Counted from the first letter of the stretch, positions 36,932 through 46,879 are shown. The stretch is DNA of 64,000 bases from an uncultured Gammaproteobacteria bacterium (GCA_964599625.1 CAZRGC010000002.1:7883-71882), one strand, 5' to 3'. The notes: generated from the sequence alone by a model not told the origin. Made by a program: numbers and translations.

Positions 36932-38590
36932 CTATATAGGAATAGTAACATAAAAAGTAGTTTTTCCTTTGGTGCTCTCAAAATAAATTTTCCCAATGTG
37001 TGCCTCAACTATTAGTTTGGATAGATAAAGACCTAGCCCTGCACCTTCGCCATCTACAATCTTTGCGTTAGAAGCTCTGGAAAACTTTTGAAACAAAATG
37101 TTTTTTTCGCTTTCAGGAATCCCGATTCCAAAATCGGTCACTGAAATTTGCAGGTTATTTCTCAATTTCGTAGTCGTCACGTAAACACTGCCTTTTTCGT
37201 TAGAATATTTAAATGCGTTGTTTATCAGATTTACAAGGAGTTGTCTAAACAATTTTTCATCAACAAATATTTTTTTCGGTGTTGCCTTGGCTATGTTTAA
37301 TTTAATGGTTAACTTTTTTGCTCTAAAACCTGTTTTAACTTCGTCAACAACACTATTAATTAGCGTTGTTGTTGTGACGCTGGTTTTGTCGGGTTTGATT
37401 TTTCCTGATTCCAATTTTGCTATTTGAAGCAGGATTGAAACCAGACCTGTCATTCTCTGGGTTGAGGCAAGTGTGTCCATAAGCAAGTCTCTCTGTTTCC
37501 GGTTTAGTTTTCCGGAAGAACCGGAAAGTAGAATTTGCGTAAACCATTTAATTGAGGTTATTGGAGTCCTTAATTGGTGGCTCACCAAGGAAACGAAATC
37601 GTGTCTTAGTTTTTCGATCGATTCAAGTTCCTCAATTGACCTGGATATTAACCATCTGCCCACATAAAAACCCACTCCGATAGACGCAAGAACGATCAAA
37701 ACTGAAAAGGCAATCACCTTATTAAAATATTGCTGGGAGCTTTTGTATATATCGTTTTTGGATTTTCCAACAGCCAAGTAAATACCCGGATTGTTGGCGC
37801 CAATTTTTTTGTATGAGTATATTCTTTCAACACCGTCTATTCCCGAGGACTGAACTGTTCCAAAGTCTTTTGTTAAACTCTTTACAAGAGGGTCTCCAGA
37901 GAATTCTTTTCCGATACAGTCGCAATTTAGGTCTGGATTTCTGGCCAGGATCACACCTTTTCCATCCAGAACCAAGACAACTATATTTTCATCTATCTCA
38001 ATAGATGCGAGAAAATCGGACAACCATTCGAGGCTGAGGGTTGCATAAACAACACCATGGCTGTTCTCCATGGGGTAGCCGAAGTTTATACTGGATTCAT
38101 TTGTAGTCCTGCTAACAACGTATTCTCCAACTGAAAAGTTATTTGTTTTTAATGTCTCTTGAAAAAACAGTCTGTCTGATAAGTTTATATTTGTAATAGG
38201 TGTGACTGCAGAACAAATAACGTCACCCTTCAAATTTGAAACACCAAAATTACCATATCTTTGGTATTTTGTTAATAAGTTGGACAAATAATTGTTACAT
38301 ATACTCTTACCAGATTTAACTTCTGGAGTTGCAGAAAGAGTTACGAGTAATTGTCTTGCACCTTCAATTATTTGTGTATTCTCAGATGCTATGGACTTGG
38401 CGATGTTGTCTAGTTTTTCAATCTCCAAGTCTTTTGAAATTTTAAGTTGATTTAAATTTATTCCTGCGATAAGGATAAAAACTGGAGTAAGAGTTGCAAT
38501 AGTCAAAAAAAGCACCCTTGCTCTAACTCGGTTGTACGACTTATGCATTTGTATCTTCGTCAAGTGAAATCGTAACTGAGAATCCTGCAT
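36932..38590 (-). CDS. sensor histidine kinase with Cache-like sensor (HK2)
   Basis: VSLVSHQLRTPITSIKWF HisKA; HATPase (TDFGIGIP ... GAGLGLYLSKLI); overlaps the G3 3' end by 50 nt. Confidence 0.85.
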   Translation of the reverse strand: MQDSQLRFHLTKIQMHKSYNRVRARVLFLTIATLTPVFILIAGINLNQLKISKDLEIEKLDNIAKSIASENTQIIEGARQLLVTLSATPEVKSGKSICNNYLSNLLTKYQRYGNFGVSNLKGDVICSAVTPITNINLSDRLFFQETLKTNNFSVGEYVVSRTTNESSINFGYPMENSHGVVYATLSLEWLSDFLASIEIDENIVVLVLDGKGVILARNPDLNCDCIGKEFSGDPLVKSLTKDFGTVQSSGIDGVERIYSYKKIGANNPGIYLAVGKSKNDIYKSSQQYFNKVIAFSVLIVLASIGVGFYVGRWLISRSIEELESIEKLRHDFVSLVSHQLRTPITSIKWFTQILLSGSSGKLNRKQRDLLMDTLASTQRMTGLVSILLQIAKLESGKIKPDKTSVTTTTLINSVVDEVKTGFRAKKLTIKLNIAKATPKKIFVDEKLFRQLLVNLINNAFKYSNEKGSVYVTTTKLRNNLQISVTDFGIGIPESEKNILFQKFSRASNAKIVDGEGAGLGLYLSKLIVEAHIGKIYFESTKGKTTFYVTIPI

Positions 38591-41500
38591 TTGTGATTGT
38601 TCCAGTAGTGGACGTAGGAACGTACTTTGTCTCGCCTGGCGAGGATTTTCTGACCCTTATATATATAGGTGTATCAGTTATGTAGTTAAAACTCTCGACA
38701 GCAACACCGTTTGTTGCAGTGCCGGTTCCGGACCCTGCGCCTGTTGCTGTAAAAATCACTCCTATGGTGTTACTGGCAGCTCCTATTGCAGTAAAGTCTG
38801 TAGATCCGACAGACACAATTCTATATTTTACACTTGTTACAAAGGAGCCTGCAGTCACAGTTTCTGTATCTTCGTTCATAATTTGTGAATCATCGCTTGT
38901 TTTGTAAACTGCAACTTGTGCAAGATTGATTGGCCCGTTGTCGGCTTTATCCAAAACTGTGATTGTGAGGTTGACGGCGTTATTGACGGTTGTTGATGAT
39001 CCGTCGGAATTTCGGATGGATGGGGTGCTTCCACCGTTTGTTACATTAATTGTTACAGCTCCGCCTGAGTTGTTGTAAATTGCCGCAGCGGCGGAATATA
39101 TGTATTGGGTTCCTGAACCTGTAGCTGTTATGTCAGCCCTTCCGGTTGCCCCTCCCGCAATTGCGTGGTCAGAGGTGTCGTAAAGTGTAATAGTGGTGGA
39201 TGACTCGCTTCTTACATAATACAAGTTGCCATCTGTAAGGCCTGTTGGAGCCGTGCCGCCTTGGTCTTGGAAATAGGCAGGTTCACCATTATTGTATCCA
39301 TGAGCGGCGTCCAGTGTAATTACATCTGTTCCTGTGTTAACTCCTGTTGAGGCGTTGAAACTTCTTGCAGCCGGGCCATATCCTGTAAAAGAATTGCCGG
39401 AAAAACTGACTGTTCCGGTTGAGGTAAGCCTGACGGCATGACCCGAGGTGGTTGACCCTATAAAATTACAACCGGAAAACATATCCAGATCAGCTGTTGC
39501 AACAGACGCCCAGCGGTTACCTGCTGTAACTGTTGTTGTGGTTATGTCTGTGTTTGAAATCACAGTTGTACTTGAGGTTGTAACGGAATCATTGGTTGAT
39601 GGCATGTTAAGGATGTATCCATAGTCATAAGTCAGCCCGCTGACATCAAGGGTAGAATAGTCGTTGACTGTTAGTCCGGTAACTGTAATCGCTTTATTTA
39701 AAGTTACTGTTCCGGCTCCAATAACGGACAAACCTGAAAAGTCATACGTCGCAGAAGTTGAGGCCGATGCGTGCAGACCCCATTTGTATCGGGAGGGTGA
39801 AGAAACGACGCTATTGGTATGCGATATAACATCGCTTGCCCCCGGATAGTACGTAATCCCTGCAAAGTTATCAATACTGTTGTAATAAACTTCCTTTTGT
39901 GCCTTGTTGTATTTTCTGGGGAACTCAATGGCTGTTGCATCAAGACCTAAATAAATTGGACTGGTTCCACCGTCCCCGAACTGAATCGGACCAAGGACAA
40001 GCATTTGACTGGTTCCCTGGCTGATTGCGCTTCTCCTTTCGTGTCCTGTTGCATACGCTCCAACTGTGCCAATGATATTTAGAGGTTCGGCGCTACTTCC
40101 ACCAGAAATTACACAAGTATCCATTGCCCAAACCGACCCGCCGTTCCAGTCCGGGGAAACATTTTTGCCGGAAATCATAAACCCGATTTCTGTAATGCTT
40201 CCAGTATTTAAAGATCCTGTGGTTTGAATAACGCCGTCTGTAGCATCTGTGTTTATAACAACGGGCTGATGAAACTGTGTACCCCAAGATGTTCCGGCTC
40301 CTGCCACATGCCAAACTTTGAAGTTGCTGGTGGTCGAAGCAAGCCCAATTGCAACTCCAATTGTTCCGGTCAAAGCAACAGAATCGGTGGTCTGAATTTC
40401 CACGGGAACTAACGGGTTTACATGGAAAAGAATGTTTTTACTTGCAAGTGTGGTTCTTGCGACAATTGTAGTTCTTGTTCCGGCCCAGCTACCTGCTGTT
40501 GCAATTCCGGAACAGCGGCTCATAGCGTGATAAGAGTTGAGACCGTAGTCTGCAGTTGTCACTGTTGTTCCGCCTGTTGCCAAAGTTTTGCCATTTATGG
40601 TTCCTGTAAATGGCGTAGTGATTGTATTAGTGGTTGCAGAGTCACCGTTATACGCAGCTCCTGTATAGGGGGTAACATAAACAGAGGAATCGGAAGCTGT
40701 ATATCCTGGAATAACTGGTGTGCCGACTCCTTTTGATCTTATGGCCCAAACAGCCAGACGGGTTGCCGCGGCAGAAATGGTTGAATATCCAACTGTGGCG
40801 GTGGTTCCTGCTGTTGCCTGCCAGCCCCACGAACAAGCATCAGAATGTGCCGAACCGTCTTTTCCAAATATCAGTTGGCATGCCCCCTCAATAATACTGG
40901 GTACCCCGGCGGTTGAATTTGCTGCACCCCACATAACTAGACAGTTATTAACATCGGTGGACATTGTTGGAAGGTTTGCCTTAGCAGATGAAGTTGTTGA
41001 CACTGCAAAACCAGTGGTGTTTCCAAAGAGCCAATTTGTAACACGTTCATTTCCGTTGCCAGTTTCGTTTACAAGCCCTGATGTGTCTGTAACTGTAATA
41101 ACAGTTGAGGTAACACTTTGAATTATTTTATATGTGTTATTTCCGCCGTTTGTAAAACCAGTAGTTTTAATAGCCATTCCTGCAGTAAATCCGTCAGTTA
41201 GAAAGTCACCCGTTGTTCGTGTAAATGTTCCACTTGAAGCTACGACATCTATTTGGACTGCGTTATATGTTTTTGTATCACACCATGGATCCACATCTCT
41301 AACCGATATGATTGACCCATTTGCTGTTTCAGCGATGGAATATGTAAAGGTGGTGTCTACTTCACTTGCTGTAGCGGTTTTATATAAAACTGCCAAATTA
41401 GAAGTATTTGATGATGAAAATAGCTGCTGCCAGCCTGATTGCAGAAATACCTGAGTACCAACAGGGCGGGTGGTTATAGACGTAAACGCGCTAACACGCC

Positions 41501-42017
41501 CTCTGATATAGTAGGCAGAAACGGAGTTGACAGTGGTTGAAGCCCAATTTGTTGGCATTGTATATGTCACTGCAACCGGAATAGTAACTGCCGCCTTGAA
41601 ACCTGTAGTTCCATCGGAAACCCCGGATAGGGCAGTCCAGCTTCCTCCGTTCCAATATTCCCAGGTTATTGTCCACGTACCTGCTCCTTGTGTACTAAAT
41701 TGAAACCATGCAGCAGTAAATGGAGTAGAACCACCTACATAAAAAGCATCATTAACTGCCGGAGCTACTGGGATAAAAAAGGTGTCTGCTGTTGTAGTGT
41801 TATTTGATTCTGTGGTGTAGTTCGTAAAAGCACCACCGTCGTCGTATTGGGCTGATGTATTTGGGTCAAGTCCAGTCCAAGCCTGAGTAGTTCCCGTGTC
41901 TGCAGACATTACAGCAATCAAAAGATCTCCCTGTTCGTAAGCTGGAATCGGAACCTCCAGATGTCGTAGTGATGTTGTTGTGTTGTAAGCTTGGGAAAAG
42001 TCTCGAATTGCGGGCAT
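38541..42017 (-). CDS. giant beta-helix surface protein paralog G3
   Basis: 1158 aa; N-domain (GDLLIAVMSAD); WEYWNGGSWTALSGVSDGTTGF module shared with G0; C-terminal module with an extra ~50-aa insertion (TVTAGSFVTSVKYRIVSVGSTDF ...) before YIRVRKSSPGETKYVP. Confidence 0.7.
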   Translation of the reverse strand: MPAIRDFSQAYNTTTSLRHLEVPIPAYEQGDLLIAVMSADTGTTQAWTGLDPNTSAQYDDGGAFTNYTTESNNTTTADTFFIPVAPAVNDAFYVGGSTPFTAAWFQFSTQGAGTWTITWEYWNGGSWTALSGVSDGTTGFKAAVTIPVAVTYTMPTNWASTTVNSVSAYYIRGRVSAFTSITTRPVGTQVFLQSGWQQLFSSSNTSNLAVLYKTATASEVDTTFTYSIAETANGSIISVRDVDPWCDTKTYNAVQIDVVASSGTFTRTTGDFLTDGFTAGMAIKTTGFTNGGNNTYKIIQSVTSTVITVTDTSGLVNETGNGNERVTNWLFGNTTGFAVSTTSSAKANLPTMSTDVNNCLVMWGAANSTAGVPSIIEGACQLIFGKDGSAHSDACSWGWQATAGTTATVGYSTISAAATRLAVWAIRSKGVGTPVIPGYTASDSSVYVTPYTGAAYNGDSATTNTITTPFTGTINGKTLATGGTTVTTADYGLNSYHAMSRCSGIATAGSWAGTRTTIVARTTLASKNILFHVNPLVPVEIQTTDSVALTGTIGVAIGLASTTSNFKVWHVAGAGTSWGTQFHQPVVINTDATDGVIQTTGSLNTGSITEIGFMISGKNVSPDWNGGSVWAMDTCVISGGSSAEPLNIIGTVGAYATGHERRSAISQGTSQMLVLGPIQFGDGGTSPIYLGLDATAIEFPRKYNKAQKEVYYNSIDNFAGITYYPGASDVISHTNSVVSSPSRYKWGLHASASTSATYDFSGLSVIGAGTVTLNKAITVTGLTVNDYSTLDVSGLTYDYGYILNMPSTNDSVTTSSTTVISNTDITTTTVTAGNRWASVATADLDMFSGCNFIGSTTSGHAVRLTSTGTVSFSGNSFTGYGPAARSFNASTGVNTGTDVITLDAAHGYNNGEPAYFQDQGGTAPTGLTDGNLYYVRSESSTTITLYDTSDHAIAGGATGRADITATGSGTQYIYSAAAAIYNNSGGAVTINVTNGGSTPSIRNSDGSSTTVNNAVNLTITVLDKADNGPINLAQVAVYKTSDDSQIMNEDTETVTAGSFVTSVKYRIVSVGSTDFTAIGAASNTIGVIFTATGAGSGTGTATNGVAVESFNYITDTPIYIRVRKSSPGETKYVPTSTTGTITNAGFSVTISLDEDTNA

Positions 42018-42145
42018 ATTTATTTATTAAACGTCCAGATATGTTCTGTTTCTACTTTGTAGTCCAATTTTAGTTTTCTCAATGCTGAAACAACCTCGTC
42101 TAGATTCGAATCATGTCCACAAATTAGTTTTTTACACTTTGGCAT

Positions 42146-42535
42146 CTAACTTTTTATGTCATTAAAAACACCTTCAAAAGTATGATCCCCATCGATAAAC
42201 ACCATATCAATAGATTTAGCTTTAAAAAAACTGCTTGCCTTTTTGCTGTCGGTTCGCATGGTTACCAAATTTTTAAAGTGACCAACATTTTTATAAAAGT
42301 TTTTATATATGTCATGGTTTTTAGCTTCTTTATGTGTAGTATCCCTCTCATCAACACTTCCCTGAAAATGATCAATTGCAAATACAACACCTCTGCAACC
42401 AGTCAAGAGTGCATGCGTACTTTTACCTTTCCATGAACCTATTTCAACAATTGAGTCCATTTGCCTTGCTTTTTCGTACAACCAATCAAGTTCGTTGTCA
42501 TTCATCCATCCGTCAATATTGTTGCCCTTATACAT
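42146..42535 (-). CDS. class I SAM-dependent methyltransferase (TylF/Methyltransf_24-like)
   Basis: Motif I IVEIGSWKGKST, MVFIDGDH. Confidence 0.6.
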   Translation of the reverse strand: MYKGNNIDGWMNDNELDWLYEKARQMDSIVEIGSWKGKSTHALLTGCRGVVFAIDHFQGSVDERDTTHKEAKNHDIYKNFYKNVGHFKNLVTMRTDSKKASSFFKAKSIDMVFIDGDHTFEGVFNDIKS

Positions 42536-42536
42536 A

Positions 42537-43178
42537 TTAATAGAATGCTACTCCAATATGTTTCACTTGGATTGTGGGATCACACCAGACAGAAATACCG
42601 TGTTTTCTTGCAAGTTCACAAAACCAAACATCTTCACCAGTCATTCCTTCCGGGTCGCTACTTGGCCTAAAGAAAAACCAAGGTCTGGGTAGTTTTTCAA
42701 AAACTTCCATTTTAACTAACATGAATCCTGTTCCAACGGCCCTGCATTCAAATGGTTTTTGAGGATTGTCTATTGTGGCCAGGCGTTTATTTTTGTCATT
42801 TGGATCAACTGTGAAGGTTATGTCGTCAGTCTTTAATTTTTTTGGGTCAAGAAGAGTGACAGACTTTGGGGGATTTTCGCGGTAGTGATAGTCTGCCCCC
42901 ACTATTGGTTTGTCATCTTCCAACAGCTTTTCAATTCCGTTAGCAGGGAAGGCCATGTCGCTGTCTATAAACATCACATAGTCAGATTTCTCTTTTTGCG
43001 CATCAAGCACAATTTGCTCGCGATTTTCGTGAATATAGCAGCTTGTTGGGTGAGACAAGTGAAACATCACCCCTCGTGTGCTTGCAACTGCCACTGTGAT
43101 AGATAAGGACGTGTCGATTTTGATTGTTCCGTTTGAAGGAATGCCCACGGTAACTTTTTTAATAAGAGCATTGTTCAT
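42537..43178 (-). CDS. glycosyltransferase (GT-A fold, DxD)
   Basis: YVMFIDSDMAFP DxD motif; 1-nt spacing to the downstream methyltransferase gene. Confidence 0.55.
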   Translation of the reverse strand: MNNALIKKVTVGIPSNGTIKIDTSLSITVAVASTRGVMFHLSHPTSCYIHENREQIVLDAQKEKSDYVMFIDSDMAFPANGIEKLLEDDKPIVGADYHYRENPPKSVTLLDPKKLKTDDITFTVDPNDKNKRLATIDNPQKPFECRAVGTGFMLVKMEVFEKLPRPWFFFRPSSDPEGMTGEDVWFCELARKHGISVWCDPTIQVKHIGVAFY

Positions 43179-43371
43179 ACTTATGATGATATCAAATATA
43201 TTTTATTTGGGAACACAAAAAGCACTGATTTGGGAATTTTTATAAGCAAATTTATCATGGATGGAATAAGTGGCAAAATTTGGCTGGAAAAGTCGACGTT
43301 GGGTTAAGGTTCTTTTTTGCATTTAGCCTGCCACTTGCAAAAAGATAGGTCTCTCATGATAATGTACACAA

Positions 43372-43764
43372 ATGGCTAAAATTCTAATCGTCGAAGACGA
43401 CCCCCTCATGAGCCGTATGTATCAGAAAATTTTTAAATTCGAGGGTTATGATGTGGCAATGGCCGGGGACGGTGAGCAGGGACTAGAAGCCGCCAAAAAA
43501 GAAAAACCAACATTGATTCTTTTGGACGTTATGATGCCTAAAATGAATGGACTTCAGCTTTTGGAAAAACTTAAGTTGGATCCCGACACAAAGTCGATAC
43601 CTGTGGTGATGCTTACCAATCTCGCCGGAGAAAAGGATGCGGAGGTGGCACTCACAAAAGGGGCAGTTAAATATATTGTTAAGTCGGAATATGAGCCAAA
43701 GCAGATAACAGATATGGTAAAAAGCATTTTGGCAGGTTACACTCGGGACGAGCTTCCCAAATAG
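43372..43764 (+). CDS. single-domain response regulator (RR3)
   Basis: ILIVEDDPLM ... TLILLDVMMPKMNG ... IPVVMLTNL. Confidence 0.8.
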   Translation: MAKILIVEDDPLMSRMYQKIFKFEGYDVAMAGDGEQGLEAAKKEKPTLILLDVMMPKMNGLQLLEKLKLDPDTKSIPVVMLTNLAGEKDAEVALTKGAVKYIVKSEYEPKQITDMVKSILAGYTRDELPK

Positions 43765-43778
43765 TGTAGAATAGCGTT

Positions 43779-44168
43779 ATGTATAATCACGTACTTTATT
43801 TTGGATACTGGTTGGCAACATCAGTATCACTTTATGTTTTTTATTCAATCTTTCCTGATAGTGTGGTACTTGGAAACTGGAGATTTGGAATGGTTGAATC
43901 GGCTTTTTATGCCGGTTTTTGGGTCACGTTTTTTATATGGTGTTTTTGGGACTTTGCTATTGCAAAAGGACTGCAATTTGAAACACCATTGGTTTCTTTG
44001 GGCTACTTTTGGTCTGTGAATTTGTTCTCTGTTTGGCTTGTTGCCAGATTTTCTCAATATTCTGGATTGGGAATATCAGACCACATTTGGGCGGTAGTTG
44101 TTGGTTTGGGTGCCCATTCACTCCAAAGGTTGGTAAGAAAAATTGTAGTTTCCCGTTCAAAAGATTAA
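43779..44168 (+). CDS. small membrane protein (hypothetical)
   Basis: 129 aa, 4 TM. Confidence 0.4.
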   Translation: MYNHVLYFGYWLATSVSLYVFYSIFPDSVVLGNWRFGMVESAFYAGFWVTFFIWCFWDFAIAKGLQFETPLVSLGYFWSVNLFSVWLVARFSQYSGLGISDHIWAVVVGLGAHSLQRLVRKIVVSRSKD

Positions 44169-44668
44169 TCGGGATCAAGAACTGATCTGTCTTCGCCGCT
44201 TTCGCTATCTGAACCACTTGAATCATCTATTGTTTCTTTCTGCCCGCCTCCGTTAAAAAGTGACCAAATTCCTTTAAGAGCAAAACCAATAACTCCCAGA
44301 ATCAAAAGAACGCTTCCGTAAGCAATTGAAAGTGTCCACTGGATCGTTGTCATCTTGAATCCATTTGCAAGTTGTTGAATAGAATAGAACTCGGCCAAAA
44401 GACCGATAAAAACTATTATTGCAATTTTTGCAAAGTATTTTCCTTCAATTAAACCAACAATTATCATTACGGATATAAATAATGCAACACTTCGTATTAC
44501 AATAGCCGCGGCAGTGAATGGATATAAATTTAAAAGCACTGGAGACGTTAGAAAGGCCACAGGATTGCCAACTGTTATTGAAACGGGTCCAGCAAGCTTA
44601 TCAATGAGATATGCCAGTAAAAAGGCTACTACAGCGACTCCAAGCCACACCTCTTTAGAAATTTTCAT
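44165..44668 (-). CDS. membrane protein (hypothetical)
   Basis: 167 aa, 4-5 TM, acidic C-terminal tail. Confidence 0.45.
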   Translation of the reverse strand: MKISKEVWLGVAVVAFLLAYLIDKLAGPVSITVGNPVAFLTSPVLLNLYPFTAAAIVIRSVALFISVMIIVGLIEGKYFAKIAIIVFIGLLAEFYSIQQLANGFKMTTIQWTLSIAYGSVLLILGVIGFALKGIWSLFNGGGQKETIDDSSGSDSESGEDRSVLDPD

Positions 44669-44679
44669 GCAAATAGTTT

Positions 44680-45669
44680 TTACACGCTTGGGTGGTTTTG
44701 GTCAAGTGGGAACGGATCATCTTTTACAAACTTTATCCAGTCATAATATGTAATCACAAGTGTTATAAAAAGCGTAAGTGATATAAATACAACGTTTACT
44801 AACATCATTTCATACAAATCTTTAAAAAGCTTGTTTTGGGGAATTCCAATTATTGCATAAAAGTCGCCATCTCCAGATGACTCCTGGATTTTTGAATAGA
44901 AAAATCGACGTTCTTTACCATCAAAACCTTTCTCCACAAAATTGCCAGCATAACCGCCGGAAAGTACCCTTTTGACAAGTTCTGTTTGGCTTTGGTCAGT
45001 TCCAAAGTAAGCTTCTGTTTCTGGATATCTCGACAAAACTGTTCCATGCCTGTCAATTACATCAATAACCGAACCTTTAGGGAAGTCGTATGGTGTTGTT
45101 ACCTCTTGCAACCATTCTAAATTGAGACTGGTAATAATGACTGCACTTGTGGTTGAATCACTAACAATTGGATAAACAAACGGAACAATTGGACGTTGGG
45201 TTACCCTTCCTACCCGGAATTCACCGACAGTAAACTCCATTTTTCTTACTGCCTTTTTGTAGTAGTCTAAATCTGAAACATTTACCGAAACACCTTCCGG
45301 ACTAGAACTACAAAAAACATCACCGTTTTTATCCACTATGTTAAAACTTGTGTATTGGTTTCCGAATTCTGCGTGTATTTCTGCCATTTCTTTATTGCAA
45401 AGATCAACTTCGGATGGGTTTATGTGATCTAGAGAAGATATAGTTTTAAGAATTGCCTTGGTGGTTCTAATCTTTTCTCTATATGTTTGCGAAACTGTTT
45501 CTAATATAAAATTAACGTCATTTTGCGTTTCTACAAAACCAATGTGGTTAAGTCTTATATATGAGTAAGTTGTCAGCAAAAACATAGGAATCAATGAGTG
45601 CACGACTATAAAAAAAATCTTGAACTTAAGACTCCTGTGATTGTGTTTGGGTTTTGGAATATTTTTCAT
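44680..45669 (-). CDS. Cache-like sensor membrane protein lacking kinase domains (orphan or truncated HK sensor)
   Basis: TM-Cache-TM layout homologous to the HK1/HK2 sensors (NIVDKNGDVFCSSSP ... DLDYYKK versus ATNGDVICSAVP ... KDKLYFKK); ends after TM2 without HisKA/HATPase. Confidence 0.6.
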   Translation of the reverse strand: MKNIPKPKHNHRSLKFKIFFIVVHSLIPMFLLTTYSYIRLNHIGFVETQNDVNFILETVSQTYREKIRTTKAILKTISSLDHINPSEVDLCNKEMAEIHAEFGNQYTSFNIVDKNGDVFCSSSPEGVSVNVSDLDYYKKAVRKMEFTVGEFRVGRVTQRPIVPFVYPIVSDSTTSAVIITSLNLEWLQEVTTPYDFPKGSVIDVIDRHGTVLSRYPETEAYFGTDQSQTELVKRVLSGGYAGNFVEKGFDGKERRFFYSKIQESSGDGDFYAIIGIPQNKLFKDLYEMMLVNVVFISLTLFITLVITYYDWIKFVKDDPFPLDQNHPSV

Positions 45670-45672
45670 AAC

Positions 45673-46293
45673 TTAAAAAACGTTATCATAATAATCATAT
45701 GTCAGACTCGCTCTGTTGGTCCAGTTTGTGGTAAATGACGAAGTTCCTTTTACGTACCGATAACTTGAGCCGTCGTCTCTCAGGATAAACCAGTTTCCTG
45801 ATTTATTGATATAACCTGCGTATGTATATGTCAGGCCATCATCAAGTTCCGCTATTTTGTATCCATCAGTGGGGTGCTTTTCTGCTGGGTCTATTTTGTT
45901 GCCAGATGAGTCTTTCAAAGAAACAGTTCCTGGTCCTGGTACACTTCCAAAGAACGCAGCCTCAGCTCTTTTAGTGAACAGAGAGAATATAAAAAGCGAT
46001 AAACCTGCTGTCCCAATGAGTTTCAGAAATGCGCGTCTGTCTACGTCTACTCCTGCTTTTTTCAGTTTTTCATTTTCCGGGGACAAATCTTTTTCAAGGA
46101 TGACTACCTTGCTTTCTTCTAGAGGGCGTATTGCCCTGTTTCTTCGTGGATAAATTTTGGCCATAAAATACGCCATTAATGGGAAAAAGGCGATAGCCAC
46201 CAATAGCTGCGTGTAGTTGGTTGCTGTTAAAAACCCTGCAACAACTATAAATGCAACAACAATAAAGTTGTAATACAACAAAAACTTATTCAT
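45673..46293 (-). CDS. hypothetical protein with an internal twin-arginine (Tat) signal
   Basis: DVDRRAFLKLIGTAGLSLFIFSLFTKRAEAA (RRxFLK plus h-region plus AxA) after two N-terminal hydrophobic segments; an alternative start at MAYFMAK or MAKIYP is possible. Confidence 0.45.
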   Translation of the reverse strand: MNKFLLYYNFIVVAFIVVAGFLTATNYTQLLVAIAFFPLMAYFMAKIYPRRNRAIRPLEESKVVILEKDLSPENEKLKKAGVDVDRRAFLKLIGTAGLSLFIFSLFTKRAEAAFFGSVPGPGTVSLKDSSGNKIDPAEKHPTDGYKIAELDDGLTYTYAGYINKSGNWFILRDDGSSYRYVKGTSSFTTNWTNRASLTYDYYDNVF

Positions 46294-46876
46294 TTTGTGT
46301 TTCCTCTACATATTTAAATGATATATATCCAACCTTTCCTTCCTCCAAAATTATTTCATACCATTCTCCTTTTTTCTCGGTGTATTCGTAGGCCTTGCCA
46401 TTGTCTGCCGTACCTACTTTGTCCGAATAAAGACTGGGGCTACTTCTTATATTCACAGACTCCGACCCGTCTGTGATTTTTATGGTTAACATATGTCTTG
46501 TTTTGGGCTCTGGTGTAGATTTTTTAGGTATGACAAGTTGTGGTTGGTTTGAAATGCTAAACGATTTCTCAGTTTCTGGTTTTTGGGTTAGGATATTTTT
46601 TACCGAGACCCCTGCCAAAATTACAAAAATAATTGTCAAAAAAATTGTTTCGGGGGTGCCAATTTTTACATACAAATCCGATTCTTGGCCACTACCTTTG
46701 GCCCTTGTTCGGAGGTGTTTAAAGAATTCAACAATAAAGTATCCTACTACAGGAAGAAAAAGTGTCACAAATACAACAGGTGCTCCGGTTTGCGAGGTTA
46801 AAACAGTGCTTATAGCTATAAATAATGAAACTGCCGCAGAATAGTAAAAGAGTATTTTTGGTAAGGCAGTTTTCAT
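46286..46876 (-). CDS. membrane protein with C-terminal SH3b domain
   Basis: N-terminal 3 TM; C-terminal VNIRSSPSLYSDKVGTADNGKAYEYTEKKGEWYEIILEEGKVGYISFKYV. Confidence 0.5.
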   Translation of the reverse strand: MKTALPKILFYYSAAVSLFIAISTVLTSQTGAPVVFVTLFLPVVGYFIVEFFKHLRTRAKGSGQESDLYVKIGTPETIFLTIIFVILAGVSVKNILTQKPETEKSFSISNQPQLVIPKKSTPEPKTRHMLTIKITDGSESVNIRSSPSLYSDKVGTADNGKAYEYTEKKGEWYEIILEEGKVGYISFKYVEETQNE

Positions 46877-46879
46877 ACT

